DNA of 64,000 bases, from contig NC_058368.1 of NCBI RefSeq assembly GCF_018350175.1, positions 99,946,001 through 100,010,000 on the forward strand. The letters are read 5' to 3'. The stretch comes from Felis catus. Lineage: Eukaryota. The notes beneath the pieces were generated by a model. That model had not been told where the DNA came from. It made no database searches and saw nothing but the letters and a program-made list of their open reading frames with translations. A program made the translations under genes and the position numbers. Each line of letters opens with the position of its first letter. Position 1 is the stretch's first letter. Shown one piece after another: positions 30,849 to 45,482 of the stretch.

Positions 30849-31068
30849 GGGCGCCTGGGTGGCGCAGTCGGTTGAGCGTCCGACTTCAGCCAGGTCACGA
30901 TCTCGCGGTCCGTGAGTTCGAGCCCCCGTCAGGCTCTGGGCTGATGGCTCGGAGCCTGGAGCCTGTTTCCAATTCTGTGTCTCCCTCTCTCTCTGCCCCT
31001 CCCCCGTTCATGCTCTGTCTCTCTCTGTCCCAAAAATAAATAAAAAACGTTGAAAAAAAAATTTAAAA
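30849..31068 (+). mobile_element. Young SINEC_Fc
   Basis: CpG-rich feline consensus-like body; perfect TSD aagaatgtttttaa. Confidence 0.95.
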
Positions 31069-32584
31069 AAGAATGTTTTTAATAAAATTCAAATTTTTAA
31101 TGAAAACATTTCTTAGGTATTCTTTGTCATTTACTCAGTTTTTCAAAGTGGATCATCTGATTTTGCCATGATAACAGTAATACATTTTTAGTCAATAATC
31201 TCAATGAGATAGCTAAAACTTCAAAATATAACTTTATTACTTTTTTTTATGAAATCAAAAGTGAATAAGACATAAATTTCTCACACAATCTCTGGAAGGC
31301 AAAGACCTTCCACAGTTTTACACAGCAATTATACCGGTAAGGATATTTAACATCCATTTGTAATAGGAATGGACATATTTTTGAAGAGATAAGATTTTTA
31401 TTTTTATTAAAAAATACATTTTTAAATAGGAGGGAAGGACTCTAATTTAAGTAAATACATAGATAGATATAAGCATATGTGTTTGTGTCTGTGCATGTTG
31501 CGGGTTTTAAAGCTAGTTCTGAAAGCTTTTTCCACGAATGGTTGAATTAAATTACTTTTTATTAAATTACTTTCAGGGTTTTTTCCCCAATTGAGAGACC
31601 AAAAGAAAGGATTACTAGGCCAAATGCAGAAAAATTGCTTTAGAGAATACTGTAAACTGCAGGTCAAGGCATACATAGTCATCTAACCATACTTCCTGCT
31701 AACTTAACCTCATGTAAAAACTACGCTCAATCCAGGAGTAAAGACTTGCTCTCAGCTTCATACTATGCAATGCTTCAAGGACAGTTAAAGCCAGGTGGTT
31801 TATGGACTATACAAATTAATGATATACACAGATAGAATGTTTTGTCCTGAAGAATGGAATCCTAGTACATTCCATTCTTCAGATATGTGGTGATAGAGAA
31901 GGGAAGAGCAGCTTATTAATATCACATAGCACCCAGGTTAATAGCTATTGGTTCCTCATCATCAAAAACTACCATCAGAAATTCTAATACCTACTTATGG
32001 AACTGTTTCTTAATATCAAAAACAAAACAGAAAGAATGGTTGTGCTCTCTTATTATCGGGTATATTACTGTTTGAGTTTAAAATATTGAAACATGGTAAA
32101 CAACTCACTGAACACCAGTAAGTAAAAGGAAGCCCTGGTTAGTTATTAAAAAGAGATATGCCAAATGTTTATGTGTGATCATATTCCCCCATTCCAAATT
32201 GGCAATGTTTTAGTAGCGACTGGGAAATGATAAATGATAATTGTTTCCTTTTGAGCATCTGGACATATATCACATCCAGGTTTGGTTCATTATGGCTGAG
32301 TTTAGCACACATAGCTCATGCATTTTCTCATTTATCTGAAAAAAGGTACAGAATGAGGCTTCAGTCATCGGAATCAACAGCTTTGGGGTTAGATAAGTAA
32401 TTTCAATTTGAAATTAGATCAATGAAATTCCTGAAAAGGTCTCACTCTTATAATCTTAGTTGTACAGATACCTGTACCAGTGCTGAAATACTGATCTATT
32501 TCTAGAGACAGCTAGCCTTCAGCTAAGATAGTCTTCTCTCTCTGTACAAAAAGCATATCAGCTATATATTTACTCAGCTTTGAA

Positions 32585-32760
32585 CTCTAGGTGAAGTCAT
32601 TTTACTGAATTATCACCAGGGAGTTAACCCAAAAAAGTATAGTTTTCTGGGTTTTACCCTGAGAGATTCCGATTCAGCAGATGTGGGACTGGATCCAAGA
32701 ATTTGCTTTTAGTAAGTCTTCAAGTTGCTGGCAGCTTGGAAAGCATGCTCTGAGAAACAT
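32585..32760. mobile_element. MER5-like hAT relic
   Basis: accctgagagattccgattcagcagatgtggg...agaatttgctttt...ctctgagaaac. Confidence 0.55.
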
Positions 32761-34215
32761 TTACATAAAAGACTGGAAGCAAATCTTTATGACTCTTAAC
32801 AGTATCAATCTATATTGTTCAAACAATTGCTCAGATTAAGAGTCACTGGAGTATATTAAAATTATGAAAAACTTGTGTGGAAAGCATAATCTATCCGATG
32901 TTTACTCTCACACGGATTCAGAGTCTTCGTGCCTTCTTTTTCCTCTCTCTTCTTACACGCTCAGACACAAACACACATATACACACAATTTTTTAGATTG
33001 ATCGGATGACTGATTGATTGTTCCATTTAAAATTTTAAAAACCATAAATCACAACTTTCAAAATTTGAAGTGTAAAAGGAGCACCTGGCTCTGGAAGTAT
33101 TGGAACATCTGACTTCCTTCAACTAAAGTGTGACCTAGAAAATGTAAACTGTGAAAATATGCTTTGGAAACTAGGAGAGAGTAGTCATCAAATATGAAAA
33201 CTTCAGAGGGCCATTATTAGTTAATGAGAGGATAAAATAAAGAATTTTATGTAAAAAATGACTAAGAGAAATGAATAAATTCATAGAAACAAAATTTACA
33301 AAGATTGGCTTAAGAAAATAGAAAAACTGAATAGTCCTATTGTAGATAATTGCACACTTTTTCACAAAGAAAGCTTCAAGCACAAAAGACATTGTCAATT
33401 AACGCTAAGAGACATTTAAGAAGAAATGAGGCCTATCTCATATAATCACTTTCAGAACAGAATAAGAGAACACTTAGGTTTATAATAGCATAACTTTGAT
33501 GGCAATCACTGAAAGTCACATCAAGAAAATAAATTTATAGGCAAATCTTGCCCAAGAACATAGGTACAAACATCTTAAATAGTGTATTAGCAAAATGAAC
33601 ACAGCAGGATATAAAATGTGAAAAAAAAAAATAAAACCCTGACATTGCATTTATTTCAGGAATAAAATCATTTGCACTTAACACTTAAAAATCAATTTAT
33701 CAATTTATTTCATAACATTAACATTCTAAAGAGAAAAAAATACATAATTATCCCAACTTAATACCCATATGTGTCAAAAATAAATAAAATTAAGAGAAGA
33801 AGGACAATTAATATACTAATCAGAATCTTTTTAGAAAATCTATGTTGCACTGAAAGGTGAAATATTGAAAGCTTTCCCATGTGAAATTGGGAATAAGTGT
33901 GATTATACCTCTTTCTAGCTTGTAGTTAAGATCTTGACAGTGCAACAATATAAGAAAAATAAATGATTAGAAAAGGAGTAAATAGTTATTTGCATATAGA
34001 GCCAATAGATGATTGTGCACACAGAAAATTTAAAAGAATTCACAGAACTATTATAATTAATATGTAAATTTATCATGGATGTGGATTAAGTCAATGTTCA
34101 AAAATCAATTGCATTTCTGAATAACAATAAACAATGAAAATTTTTAAAAATTAAATGTTACTTTTACTACAGCATCAAAAATAACAAATACTTGGGAAGA
34201 AATCTAACAAAAGAT

Positions 34216-34929
34216 TGTGGGGAATAAGCTTAGAAATTCCCTGACCCTGCACTGATGGGTTAAAAAGGCATAAAGAATTACAAAGCCATAGCATGTTCAC
34301 ACCCAAGTTTGGGTAAACAAGATTAGGTAAATAGATGTAGAGAGGGTGGGGCCGAGGCCCCAATACAAAGGTACATGAAGTAAATAAGATTAGGTATTCA
34401 GGGCAGATACTCTCCCCTCTCAATTTAGTACTATAGCAGAAAGCTGCTTTTGCAGGAAGGAAGGACCAAATTAGGTAAACAGGAAAACAGGGCTATAAAC
34501 TGCTGCAAGGTGAAGTTGCCCAGAATGGAGCTAATTAACAAAAGAAAGGTGCCTTGTAGACCCTGAGGTTACACACTCTGTCTTATCCCCTAGGCTGGCT
34601 AAGTTAAACAGACATGGCGCCCTCTTGTCTGCCGTTAACATCCATCTGTCCCGCGCCAGGATTTTGGTTTCTATTGACCCAAACCCCTAACATGGTATAT
34701 CTTCAAAACTCCCTTTCCCTCAGCCCATGAGTTCATGTTACAGATTCATTGTCTCTTTGTGCATGCCCATCATATTTGTAAGCCTTCGGATCTTAATAAA
34801 TATGGAGCAGGAAGGACCCTTATTCGGGGCTCTTATCTTTTCCCGAACATTAGCCGTCTCTCGCATTTTAATCCTGTGTCCCGATTTCTTGCTAGACAAG
34901 AAAGAACTTTAGACCCAGAATCTATGACA
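34216..34929 (+). mobile_element. Solo LTR, 714 bp, inserted in old L1
   Basis: Begins TGTGGGG, ends TGACA, flanked by AAAGAT on both sides. TATAAA near 34494, AATAAA near 34795. The L1 sequence resumes collinearly afterwards. Confidence 0.85.
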
Positions 34930-34987
34930 AAAGATGTGCCAGATCTCTATAAAATATTATGGAGAATAATTAAAGAAAATCTAAATA

Positions 34988-35320
<333 letters not shown>

Positions 35321-36609
35321 AAAGAAAACCTAAATAAATGGAGGAATATAACATATTAGTGGATTCAGACTTAATATCCTGAAGATTTTTATTTGCTACA
35401 AATTGAGGTACAGTTTAAATTCTGTCCCGTTAAAACTCCCAATAATTTTTTGTGTGTGTGGAAACTGAAGAGTTTATTTTGAATTATATATTAATATGCA
35501 AAGAACCACAAGTAGCTTTCCAGGATTTCTCAACCAGATTTCCATGAGAGGATTAAACCCTAATGACCTAAAACTTCCATTTCATGATTTAACTTCTCTT
35601 CTATGCTTTAAGAATGGTGCCATAATTGAAAGAATTGAGAAAAATTATCATTCTGGTTTTTTTACATTTTCAGTTCAGATGAAGAACATTAGTTGAGAAA
35701 GCCTAGCAGAAAATTTTGAAGAAACAGAACACAGAATGCTATCACTAGATAATAAGATTAGTTCTGAAACTGCAGTAATTAAGTCAGTTGGGTATTGCAA
35801 CAAGAGATAAACAGACTAATAGAAGAAAATTTTCAGGAACAAGTCTAGATATTTATGTCCCTTAATGTATAACAAAGACGCCAGTGCAGAGCAGTAGAAA
35901 AGGATGAGCTTTCAATGAACGCTGCTGTGTTAACTGAATGTCTACCTATGTCTGTGCATCTATGTCTATAAACAGACAGACAGATGAAGCAGAGAGAGAC
36001 ATGGATGGTTAGCAGGAGGGAGAAGATAGATAATTTTACCCCTACTTTTTCTATTAACCAAAATCAATTCTACGTGGCATACAGATCTAAATTTAGAAGA
36101 TACAATAACACTTCCAGTAAGTAACGTTAAGAAAAAACCTTCATTAACTTAGGATAGACACAGAGTTTTAAACAGAACTCAGAACTAGCATGAATAAAAA
36201 TTTTAATAAATTAAGCTATATTAAAATTAGGAACCCATGTTCATCAAATACCATAAAAAGTATGAAAATACAAGCCACTGAGAAGATATTTACAACACCT
36301 ATAACTGCAGAAGGATCCTGTTAACATATGCAAAGATGTGTATTCATCCTCTTCAAGAAAGGACTCATTCAGTTATTAAGAGTGTGGTTAGCTGAGAGCC
36401 TCCAGCTATTAACACCTTTAGAGTCTCCAACTTTTGAGCCAAGGCCCCCCTATTTTCAGGATGACAGTGACCAAGGAAGTAACAGCCCAGGCTACGTTCT
36501 TCATGGTGAGGCCCCTAGCTACTGCCATGCCTTTACAATAACCTTTCTGCATTTTTAACTCTTTATCAGTGTCTGCTTCCCTCAAACACAAACTGACAGA
36601 TTCATGTAC

Positions 36610-36612
<3 letters not shown>

Positions 36613-36659
<47 letters not shown>

Positions 36660-36661
36660 CA
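36613..36661. repeat. (CA)n microsatellite, one interruption
   Basis: Direct reading. Confidence 0.95.
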
Positions 36662-37172
36662 AACTTCTAATAATCAACAGGAAAAGGACAAGTCATTTTT
36701 AATGGGCAAAGACATGAATAGGTACTTCACAAAATATAATATCCAAAAAAAGATGTTCAACCTCATTACTCCTCGGCAAGTGGAAATTAAAACCACACTG
36801 ATTTACCATTACATACCTACCAGAATGGCTAAAGTTTCAAAGACTGAAAGAACCAAGGGTCAGTGACCGTCACTTTGGAAAATTCTCTGGCAATATAAGC
36901 TAAAACAGAAAATACACACATCCTATGACTTAGCAACTTCACTCTTAGGTATATACCTGAAAGATGTGTGTGTGTGTGTGTGCATGTGTACATAACAAAA
37001 GACATAGGTTGTGCATATGAAAATGCTCTTCATAAAAACAAAAAGATTTAAATGAATAAATAATTTGTACTACACTTATCCAACAGAACACCTTACAGCA
37101 ATGAAAAAAAAGTACTACTACATGCAACAACATAAATGAATATCACAATGTTAAACAAAAGAAGCCACACTT

Positions 37173-37420
37173 GGAGCATGTGGGTGGCTCAGTTGGTTAA
37201 GTGTCCAACTTCGGCTCAAGTCATGATCTCATAGTTTGTCAATTCAAGCCCCATAGTTTGTCAATTCAAACTCTGCACGGATAGCTCCGAGTCTGGAGCA
37301 TACTTAGGATCCTCTGTTCCTCTCTCTGCCCCTCCCCTGCTTGTGTGTGTGTGTGCTCTCTTTCTCTCTCTCAAAAATAAACATTTTTTTTAAAAAAGAA
37401 ATATTCAACAACAAAAAAAG
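37173..37420 (+). mobile_element. Can-SINE with internal duplication (catagtttgtcaattcaa x2)
   Basis: gggtggctcagttggttaagtgtccaacttcggctc head, (CT)n, A tail. Confidence 0.85.
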
Positions 37421-37919
37421 AAGTTACACTTAAAATAATCATGTTATGCCATTTCATTTATATAAATGAAATCAGGAAAAACTAATCAATGTGATATAAG
37501 TCAAGGTAGTGGCTACCTTTAAGAGATATGGGAATGAGGACAAGATCTTTTGGGGTGTTAATTTTCTTTTGCCTGATCTGAGGGGTAGTTAAATGGATAT
37601 GTTCACTTTATAAATATCCTTTGAACTATATGTTCATGATTTGTATAATTTACTGAATATATTATATACCTAAAATTTAAAAAATATTTTTAAAAGATTA
37701 GAATGTTTTTGAAACTATTTAAAAATTTTTTGAGGTTCATTTAGACTTGACTCTAATTAATTCAGCCCCTTCTTGTATTAACATTGCAGCCTATATGAAT
37801 GAACATTATTACTTCATACTATTATGACTATGAGGTAGTTACATTCATAAGTATGGACCATGAAAATCAGTTTAATAGCTTTGCAGTCATATCACACATT
37901 GTGGATGTTTACAATATAG

Positions 37920-39050
37920 CTGCGTAAGGAAGTACTCGAGAAACCCCATAATGATGGGGTTATGTCAAAGGGACAACAGGTACCAAGTGGAAAAGCCCCC
38001 AGTGGCCAAAGTTAAAGCAATTTGAAAATGAAATAAACAAAGTAGTATTATATTACAATCAAATGCATAAAACAAATATCCTGGATTCATACTGACAAAA
38101 ATATATTATTTTAAAAAATAAGTAGAACAGAATAAATATCCCATACATAAAAATTCTAAATAATTTGTGTAGATACTCTGCTCCCAAGAAGATGGAATAT
38201 AATTCTCCACTCCTTCATTGTGTGTACATAATGATTTGCTTCCAAAAAATACAGTATGAGAAGGGGTGGAAGGATGGGAAAGTAACTTCACAGTGAAGAT
38301 ACCTAAGAAACACTACCTCAGTCAGATGAACAAGGTTACCATCAACAGTGATAAATCATGTAAGTAGTATGTGCCCTTAATACAGTTTGATGAGAACTGC
38401 ATTTTACCTTTGTGGTTTTCCAATCAAAAATCAATAAACCCAGTTTAATGAGATCAAAGAAATCCCAATCAGGAAACTTCAGTAAAATATCTGACCAATA
38501 CTCTTCAAAACTGTCAACATCATCAAAACCAAGAAAAGTCTAAGAAACTGTCAAATTCACAAGGAGCTTAAGGATATATGACAGTGTAATGTTTTACCCT
38601 GAATCACCAGAAAGGCATTAAAAAAGATTAAGAAAATCTGAATAAAGTAGGGACTCTAATTAATAATAATGTATCAGGGCACCTGGGTGGCTCAGTCTTT
38701 GAGTGTGTCTGACTCTTGCTTTTGGCTGGGATCATGATCTTATGGTTCCAAAGATCAAGCCTCACGTCAGGCTGCACACTGATAGCATGGAGCCTGCTCG
38801 GGATTCTCACTCTCCCTCTCTCTCTGCCCCTCCCCTGCTCGCTTGCATGCTCTTTCTCTCTCTCTATCTCAAAATATATAAACTTAAAAAAATAATTTAT
38901 CAATATTGGATAATTGTGACAAATGTTCCATACTAATGTAAGATGCTAATAACAGGGGAACTGGGTGTTGGGACTATGGAAACTCTGTACTCTCTTTGCA
39001 ATTTTTCTGTATATCGAAGACTAGTCTAAGATACAAGTTTATGTGAAAAG
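37920..39050 (+). mobile_element. L1MC-like 3'UTR relic
   Basis: tatgtcaaagggac...cagtggccaaag...; caggggaactgggtg...tatggaaactctgtactctctttgcaatttttctgta. Confidence 0.7.
38677..38892 (+). mobile_element. Can-SINE
   Basis: gggcacctgggtggctcagtc head, (CT)n, A tail. Confidence 0.9.
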
Positions 39051-39653
39051 AATGAATGTGATTAGAAAACTAGTTTGACATGTGAAATTATTTCTAAAGG
39101 AAAAAATGGCAACTTACACATATTAGTAAAAGTTTTTTCTCGTATCTTTATTGGTTTGGACTAATTCTCAGTGCTTCCAAATAGTGTCTATTCCTTCATG
39201 GTCATCGTCCTCAGTACTCATCCATGGAGACATTTAATTTTCTTTTATGGGATTTTGATTAGCATGAGTAGTATAAGGAATCAAAAAGATCTGGAATTCA
39301 GTGCCACCTTTGACACCAGCAATAAATGTGACTCAATAACCTCCTTATGTCCTCATATTTCTCATTTGTAAAACTGTGATCTAAACTACATTTTGTTAAA
39401 TGCTAATATTTCTACGTATTAAAAATACTCTGTACATACTGTCTTTAGTAATGACTAATGAAATCACATCTTATCTACAAAATCTTCTATAGTTTATAGT
39501 AGGCATAACAAGCTATTAATAATCCCTGATGGTGGAAAAACAAGAAAAATAAATGAAATAGAAAATATAAAATGAGTCTACTGCCTAATAGATTTTGTTG
39601 AGCCTCTCAGGAATTCAATTATTGCCAAATTTTCTAAAGATTCTATAAACAAG

Positions 39654-39863
39654 GGCTCAGTCAGTTAAGTGTTCAACTCTTGGTTTCACCCAGGTCATGA
39701 TCTCACAGTTCCGTGGGTTTGAGCCCCACATCAGGCTATGTGCTGGCAGTGTGGATCCTGCTTGGGATTCTCTCTCTCTCCCTCTCTCTCTGTCCCTCCT
39801 TCACTCACACTGTCTCTGTGTCTCTCAAAATAAATAAACTTTAAAAAATTAAAATTAAAAAAT
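39654..39863 (+). mobile_element. Can-SINE, 5' shortened
   Basis: gggctcagtcagttaagtg head; near-TSD aaagattct(a/g)taaacaa. Confidence 0.88.
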
Positions 39864-40457
39864 AAAGATTCTGTAAACAACTTGAAAATCTAGGAGTAAT
39901 TTCCTTATTTATACCATTTATTGATGCACTATGTATTCTAATATAGTATCATACATAGCAAAGCTGCGGAGATTTGAATGAAGTTTGCAAAGATTGCCTC
40001 AATCCTGTTCCATAGCTTTTTAAACCAGAGATTTCATAAATACTGAAAAATATTTTTGATGAGACTCTTGTCTTCATTAATACTATGCTATACATCTTAA
40101 CGTAAGCAAATTAACATAAATAAAAATAAATGAAGTATTTTTCCTTCCAAGTAGGTAGGAATAACCTGACATTATAAATAATAAACCTGAAATAAAGGGT
40201 AGACACATGTATTTTTGAAGTTGGCAGTCATATCTCAGTAGGCCACTGGAAATGTTTCAATTCCTTAGAGATTAAGGAAGAAACTGTTTGTCAGATATAA
40301 ATGAAAATATTGAACATTATATGTGCAAGATACCTCAACATTCTCTTACCACTGCAGTTCTCCTGCCAAGAATCCTAGAAGATATATACACTTCACTCCC
40401 ATTAGCATAAATTAAACTCCCAGGCTATGGAGCAAATACCTTATTAATGTCAGAGTT

Positions 40458-40680
40458 GGGGTGCCTGGGTGGCTCAGTTGGGTAAGCATCCTACTCTTGA
40501 TTTTGGCTCAGGGAACGATCTCATGGTTCTTGAGATCGAGCCCTGAGTCAGGCTCCGGGCTGTTACCATGGAGCTTGCTTGGGATTCTCTCTCTCCCTCT
40601 CTCTCTGCCCCTTCCCTGCTCATGCTTTCTTTCTCAAAGTAAAAAATAAATAAATAAATAAATAAACCTTAAAAAAGAAG
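40458..40680 (+). mobile_element. Can-SINE
   Basis: ggggtgcctgggtggctcagttggg head, (TAAA)n tail. Confidence 0.9.
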
Positions 40681-43600
40681 AAGAAGAAATGACAGACTGG
40701 TTGAAGATAAAAAAAAACCCAAGTAAAATAAATTTTGAAAATCAGTAAGCCTAACAACATAAACAGCTGAATGTCCCAGGTTGGGAGAAAGTGGTGTTGA
40801 ATTATGGAATCTTTCTAAAAAGGTCTCTGAGTTACCATGTCATCACTCAAGAAAGATATAATCAGAGATGTGATATTTAAGAAGCCATGATTTTCCAAAG
40901 AGTCAAGGACAGCTTGACATTCTAGACCAAGGAAAAATATGTGCACATATAAGGTATACTCTAGAAAATCCATGCAGTCCCAGATTGATAGATCAAGGCT
41001 GGGATAGTGGTCTTTGAATTTCTTGTAAGTAGTGGGTATAGTATGGGTGGAAGGTTATTCATGTGGTTAACCTTGGCTTCCAGGCTTGCTAGCAAAAGAA
41101 TGAACATAAGAAAAGAGCTGTTAAAATGTGAGAAAATGAACAACTCAATACTGAATCTGAGAGTAAACACATCAAGTTGAGGTTTGGTGGAAGTTAAGGA
41201 AATAAAAGAATACTACCTTTAACAAAAGGGAAGTTTTCCTTTCTGTCATTTAAAAGATATCTAGAAATAAATAGTACAAGTCTGATTCCACCGAATCAGG
41301 GAGTCAGTCGCCTTTTATCTTGTCATTCAGTTATTTTCAGCTCATACTTTAATTCTCATAGTACAAAATGGCAGCTGGAGCTCCAGATATCACATTTGTT
41401 GTCAGGCCAACTAGAAGGAGGAAACAGGGTAATCCCTTCCCTCAACTCACTTCAAGGACACTTTTACTCAAAATGTTGCTTACATATTATTAACCAGAAA
41501 AGACTTAGTCACTTGGATAAGATCAGCTGTAAAAGAAGCTGGAAAGTACAGTATTTGTTTCCAGATAGTTATGCTTACCACTATTTGTGGGTTCTATCCT
41601 TAAGGTGGAAAGAGAAAGAACATCAGCGATAGGTAACTAGCCTCTCTGCCATGGTTCTTCCAGCATTTAACATTTCAGAGGTTAGAGACATTCTGGATGA
41701 TAATAATGTCCAAGAGTATTATTTTGTTCAAGTGGAGAGAATATAAAAGATACTGATACTGAGGAACTTGGAAATACTTGAGGTGCAGAAGTTGGATACA
41801 TTATGCACATGCACACGAATCACTCAGAACAATAGAATATTCAAAGAATAAATACTGAACCAGATTCAAAACCTTCACTGGATTTTGGGGAAAAGTGGGA
41901 CTCTATGAACAATTATATAATCAGAGTGTGTGATTTTTCATAGGAAGAGTATTTTTGTAACAAGATGGGAGAATCATGATATAGAGTTCCTAGACTTCTA
42001 ACCACATCCCTCCAAGCCAGGAGATGCAGAAGATAAGGATGCATGAGAAGCTTTGAGCAACAATGAGAGTGAGTCCCACAGATTTTGGGCTCAACCACAA
42101 CTTTGTCATTCACTAGTTTTGTGATTACTGGCAAGGTATAAAAGCACCTTGTTTCCTCATTTATGAACTGGGAATGATTCCTACCTCAAAAGAATATGGT
42201 AAAGATTAAACAATATGATATTAAAACAATGCTGAACTCCTAGTAGATTCTCAAAAAAATTTAGCCACATGTTCTCCTCCATCCAAGAGTCCACAATATT
42301 TCTGAAGCAGTTGTTTTTGTTTTTCAGGTTACAGTCTTTTCTACAAAAACTTAGGACAGAATATAAGAACACCATGGACTGAAAATGCATAAATAACCTT
42401 TAATTATGAAGGTTCGTATTAGACTTAATTTATGATAAATGCGGACCCTCTGTTAGGTCATAAATTCAGCCACTTATTTCTCTCAGTACCCTCTATTAGA
42501 CATTAGGAGAGAGAGGGTGCTGTGAGTCTCAATGCCATGTAGGGAGAATAAGCAAATATCCTCCCAGGGTGCCACTTTGCTAAAAGCCTGCCATATGTCC
42601 ATGACGCACTGAAGCATTAACAGCACATTTCATTTTATATCCCCACTTGACAAGCACAACTTAAAGCGAGGAAGAGCTTGCACTACATGTGCTTGTCTAA
42701 TTCCCATTACTGCTAATTATGTGCACACAGCGGGAAGACCACATCTCTTCAGACTAAGGTTTACTTTTCAGGGGAGAGATTATGAAAAGTCAGTAAACTT
42801 TCAAAGTCGTGAATGATTTATGACATTTATTGGCACTTTATATGCCTGTGGATATTTAATTCGATGACCTTAATTGTTATTTAGTGGTGATCACATACTC
42901 TTTAAAAAAATAGTATTTTCTTTATTTTAATTTTTTTTTATAACGTTATTTTTAATCTGTTGCCTGGTAAGACCTAGTGAAATCTGTCTTCATCAAGAAC
43001 CCTGGCCATGCCATTTTCTGATTGCCAAGTAGAAAAATTATCTCAGGACTAAGAGGTACTGGTGAAAGGAATGAAATACATAAAAATAAAAACCTTTATC
43101 TTTTTATTTGAATATTACTAGAGTATGCCATTTTTAAATGAGTTAAGGAAATTTTATACCAGTTTTCCACGTGATTTCCTATTTTAATCTTTCTAATTAT
43201 ACAAGGAAGTATTTATGAAATACTTTGATAATAGCACAATATATGATGTTATAGAACACACTACTAACATTCTTCTCTGTGCAGTTGCCCGCAGGATAAT
43301 TACAATGCAAAGAAAACTTTAAATCTCACAACTTTTCAGCCTTTTACCCTGGCTTATGTATTTTTAAAGTGTTTATAAACCATCAGAGAGAAAGTATAAT
43401 TTGATAAAATGAAACACTGACAAAGCTACAAAGCCTTACCGTCACTACAATAAACCAAATTCGGCATACTCTTTCATCAAGATCTGCCTACATTTTAGAG
43501 AAATCTATTTTATTATGAAACATCTAATAGTCAAATAAAATCCATTCCTACATAATAATGCAGAGAGCGAAATAAGCCAAAATCCACTGCTTGGACATAT

Positions 43601-44260
43601 ATGGAGTTTAAACTTAACTTCTTCATCCCTAGTTGAGGGAACACATCACTTTATTTTTATCCAAGTCCTGATTCAACTCCAGATCTCTGAAAATTGCTTA
43701 ATGTTAATATGCTTTTTGGCAAATGATCTTTCAGCAGATTTTGTTTGTGGAACTTCTTAAGATTTCATATCATATTTTGAGCCTCTCCTTTTAAAATTAT
43801 ATCTTCAGGAGTGTTTGAAGCATTTTTACAGAAGGCAAACTCTATGTCTGTCAAGTGTTGCCTTTAAAGTAAATTTTCATAAAGGTGTATCTTCAATCAA
43901 GTGAAGCATGATCATTACACTGAGCTCACAGAGAAGGTAAAAAAAGTGTCAAAGAGGGAAGAGGAGAGATACAGGCTCAACTTCATGCACGGTAAGGACT
44001 AGACAACTTTTCTTTGTAATCTTGCCCTATCCTCTTCAAATTATACATTATTTCATCTGCGTCATCTTAAAAATGGAAAGATAAAAAATGCATGATTTAT
44101 ATTATTCAGATGGTTTAAGTCTTTCCACTGCTGTCAACACACGACAGAATGGAAATCTCCATTTAAAAGCAGGTCTATTATGAATATAAAACTGATCCAA
44201 AATTTCAATTAATTATAGCAGCTGTATTTTTTCTTTGAAAGATTCAAAAGATACACTCTT

Positions 44261-44760
44261 TTTTCCTAATCTTAGAGGAAAAGTTTTGTGATTCACCACT
44301 GAGTATGATGTTACCTGCAGTTTTGTTGTGCTGAGGTATAATCTCTGTAACCACACTTTGAAGAGAATTTTTATCACCAATGGATGTTGAATTTTGCCAA
44401 ATGCATTTTCTGCATCTGTTAAGATGAAATGATTTTTGTTGATGTGATGCATCACAATGATTGATTTGCAAATATTGAACCATCTTTGCATCCTACAATA
44501 AATCCCACATTGGTGGTGAATGATCCTTCTAATATATTGTTGAATGTGGTTTGCTAATACTTTGTCGAGAATTTTTGCATTTATGTTTATAGGAGATACT
44601 GGCCTGTGGTTTTCTTTTTTTGTGGTATCTTTCTGGTTTTGGTATCAGGGTAACACTGGTCTCATTGAATTTATTTGGAATCTCTCCCTCTTTTTCTATT
44701 TTTTGGAGTAGTTTGAAGAGATAGGCATTTACTCTTCTTCAAATGTTTGATAGAATTCAC
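44261..44760 (-). mobile_element. Inverted 5' segment (ORF2 RT region) of a twin-primed L1
   Basis: Minus-strand translation [12 protein letters not shown]...[12 protein letters not shown] is L1 ORF2p; abuts the plus-strand L1 3' end. Confidence 0.85.
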
Positions 44761-45482
44761 CTGAGTGTCCATCAATACCAAATGGATAAGGAAAATGAGG
44801 GGCATCATGGAGCTGTAAAAAGAAAGAGATCCTGGGGTGCCTGGGTGGCTCAGTTGGTTAAGCATCCAACTTCGGCTCAGGTCATGATCTCACAGTCAGT
44901 GAGTTCGAGCCCTGCGTTAGGCTTTGTGCTGACAGCTCGGAGCCTGGAGCTTGCTTGAGATTCTGTGTCTCCCTCTCTCTGACCCTCCCCCATTTATGCT
45001 CTGCCTCTCTCTGTCTCAAAAATAAATAAACGTTAAAAAAAAATTAAAAAAAAAAAAAACAAGAAAGAGATCCTGCCATTTGCAACAACATGGATGGACC
45101 TGAGTGGTATTATGCTAAGTGAAATAAGTCAACTGTGGAAGACAAATATCCTATGAATTCACTCATGTGTGGAATCTAAAAAAGAATGAATAAACAAACA
45201 AAAAGCAGAAAGAGACCTACAAACACAGAGAACAAACTGATCGTTGGTAGAGGGGAGAGAGTAGGGAGATGGGGAAAATGAATAAAGAGGAGTGGCAGAT
45301 ACTGTCTTCCAGTTATGGAACAAATAAATCACAGGAATAAAAGGCACAGCATAGGGAGTACAGTCAATGATAGTAGCACTGTATGGTGACAGATGGTAAC
45401 TACACTTGCACTGCATAATGTATATACTTGTGAAATTACTACTTGTACACCTGAAATTAGTGTAAATTGTGATCAATTATAC

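Noticed and set aside
30839..31039. Recurrent 60-100 aa ORFs such as [26 protein letters not shown]
   Set aside because: Translations of SINEC_Fc copies, not genes.
43440..43487. Possible 48-nt minus-strand exon (ADLDERVCRIWFIVVT) with gtaagg donor
   Set aside because: Weak polypyrimidine tract, unrecognised peptide; such matches occur by chance in 64 kb.
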